A stretch of 64,000 bases of DNA from Paramecium tetraurelia (lineage: Eukaryota), in assembly GCA_000165425.1 (NCBI GenBank), contig CT868130.1, forward strand, positions 124,001 through 188,000. Reading direction: 5' to 3'. The notes beneath the pieces were generated by a model. It did not search any database. It saw nothing but the letters and a program-made list of their open reading frames with translations, and had not been told where the DNA came from. Each line of letters begins with the position of its first letter. Positions within the stretch are counted from its first letter, which is position 1. This document shows positions 63,232 through 64,000 of the stretch, piece by piece. The position numbers and the translations under genes are program-made.

Positions 63232-64000
63232 AGAATATATAGATGACATAAAGCTGAAATAATATAATAAATGATTTTAGTGTTAAAACTGGCAATTATG
63301 AATGCCAGTTTAAGTGTGTTAATTAAAATATATTACTAGGAAATATCAAGAAAAGATATGTAATTAATAAATAATTTATATTGATTAATACTTATTAATT
63401 ATATTGATTTTTAATAAATATGACAATTCAATAAGTATTGAAAGCCAAGTTGCATTCTTTTCTAAAAATTATGTCTATCTTTGCACTTTTTGATTATACT
63501 CTCCAACTTTGAGAAATTTACATAAAATTTTCAATTGTATAATTTTCAAGTCATTATTTTAATGAATTCAATTATATATTTTAAAATTACTTTTTAAATT
63601 ATCGCCTTCTTTCAGAGTTACGCTTGGGAAGTAATCTTCAATTTAAATACAATATCTCATGTAAATACCTTACATTAAGGTTTGAATTTTAAATAATAAA
63701 ATTTTAAATATTTAAAATTATTATACCAGAGAAATTAATTCACAATATTAATTTGAAATAGCAAATTAATTAAGTCATAAATAAAGAAAGTTCAATATTA
63801 TTCAAAAAATAAAAAGATCAATCCGAATTCAGATAAGTATTTTTCAAAAAAATAGCTCTCTAACTGATTAAAATAATATTAAATAATTTAGAAAGAGAAT
63901 CTTATTAACCCAATTTTATTTTAGAAATCCATTCTGCATATGTCTAAACCCTTAGAGATATTCTAAGTAATATCAAACTGTTTTTAAAGAACCTGCTTAT

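Noticed and set aside
1..64000. tRNA/rRNA genes, CRISPR arrays, transposases, telomeric repeat tracts, retained IESs
   Set aside because: None recognised by eye. TA-bounded IES remnants cannot be called without comparison to germline or read data.

Overview
AT-rich eukaryotic DNA that reads as a Paramecium-type ciliate macronuclear chromosome segment. Genes are densely packed and use the ciliate code (TAA/TAG = Gln, TGA = only stop). They are broken by tiny ~20-30 nt GT-AG introns, so the supplied standard-code ORF track shows only fragments. Hand translation with the ciliate code gives about 33 genes. Recognisable ones are an alpha/beta hydrolase, TPR and WD40 proteins, an ankyrin-AGC kinase, OST4, a ZC2HC1-type zinc finger, a PMCA Ca2+-ATPase, a CDK1/cdc2-like kinase, an HPt phosphotransfer protein, an FLVCR-like MFS transporter, PP2C, GSK3, DRC7, an SCP/FCP1-like phosphatase, CFDP1/Swc5, a Cys-rich surface protein, SAC1, a RING-H2 ligase, RBM22/Slt11, a 2xRRM protein and a giant Cys-rich/beta-helix membrane protein. 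The most notable observations are a lipid-anchor (CaaX) tagged HPt protein, a tandem three-domain ubiquitin-like protein with a cleavable di-Gly tail, a 35-aa OST4 microprotein, a RING ligase with p97-Nc-like repeats, and an RBM22 lacking its CCCH finger. There is an N gap at 8433-8668, and several single-base frameshifts are probably assembly errors. All gene models were built by eye, so boundaries may be off by a few bases.
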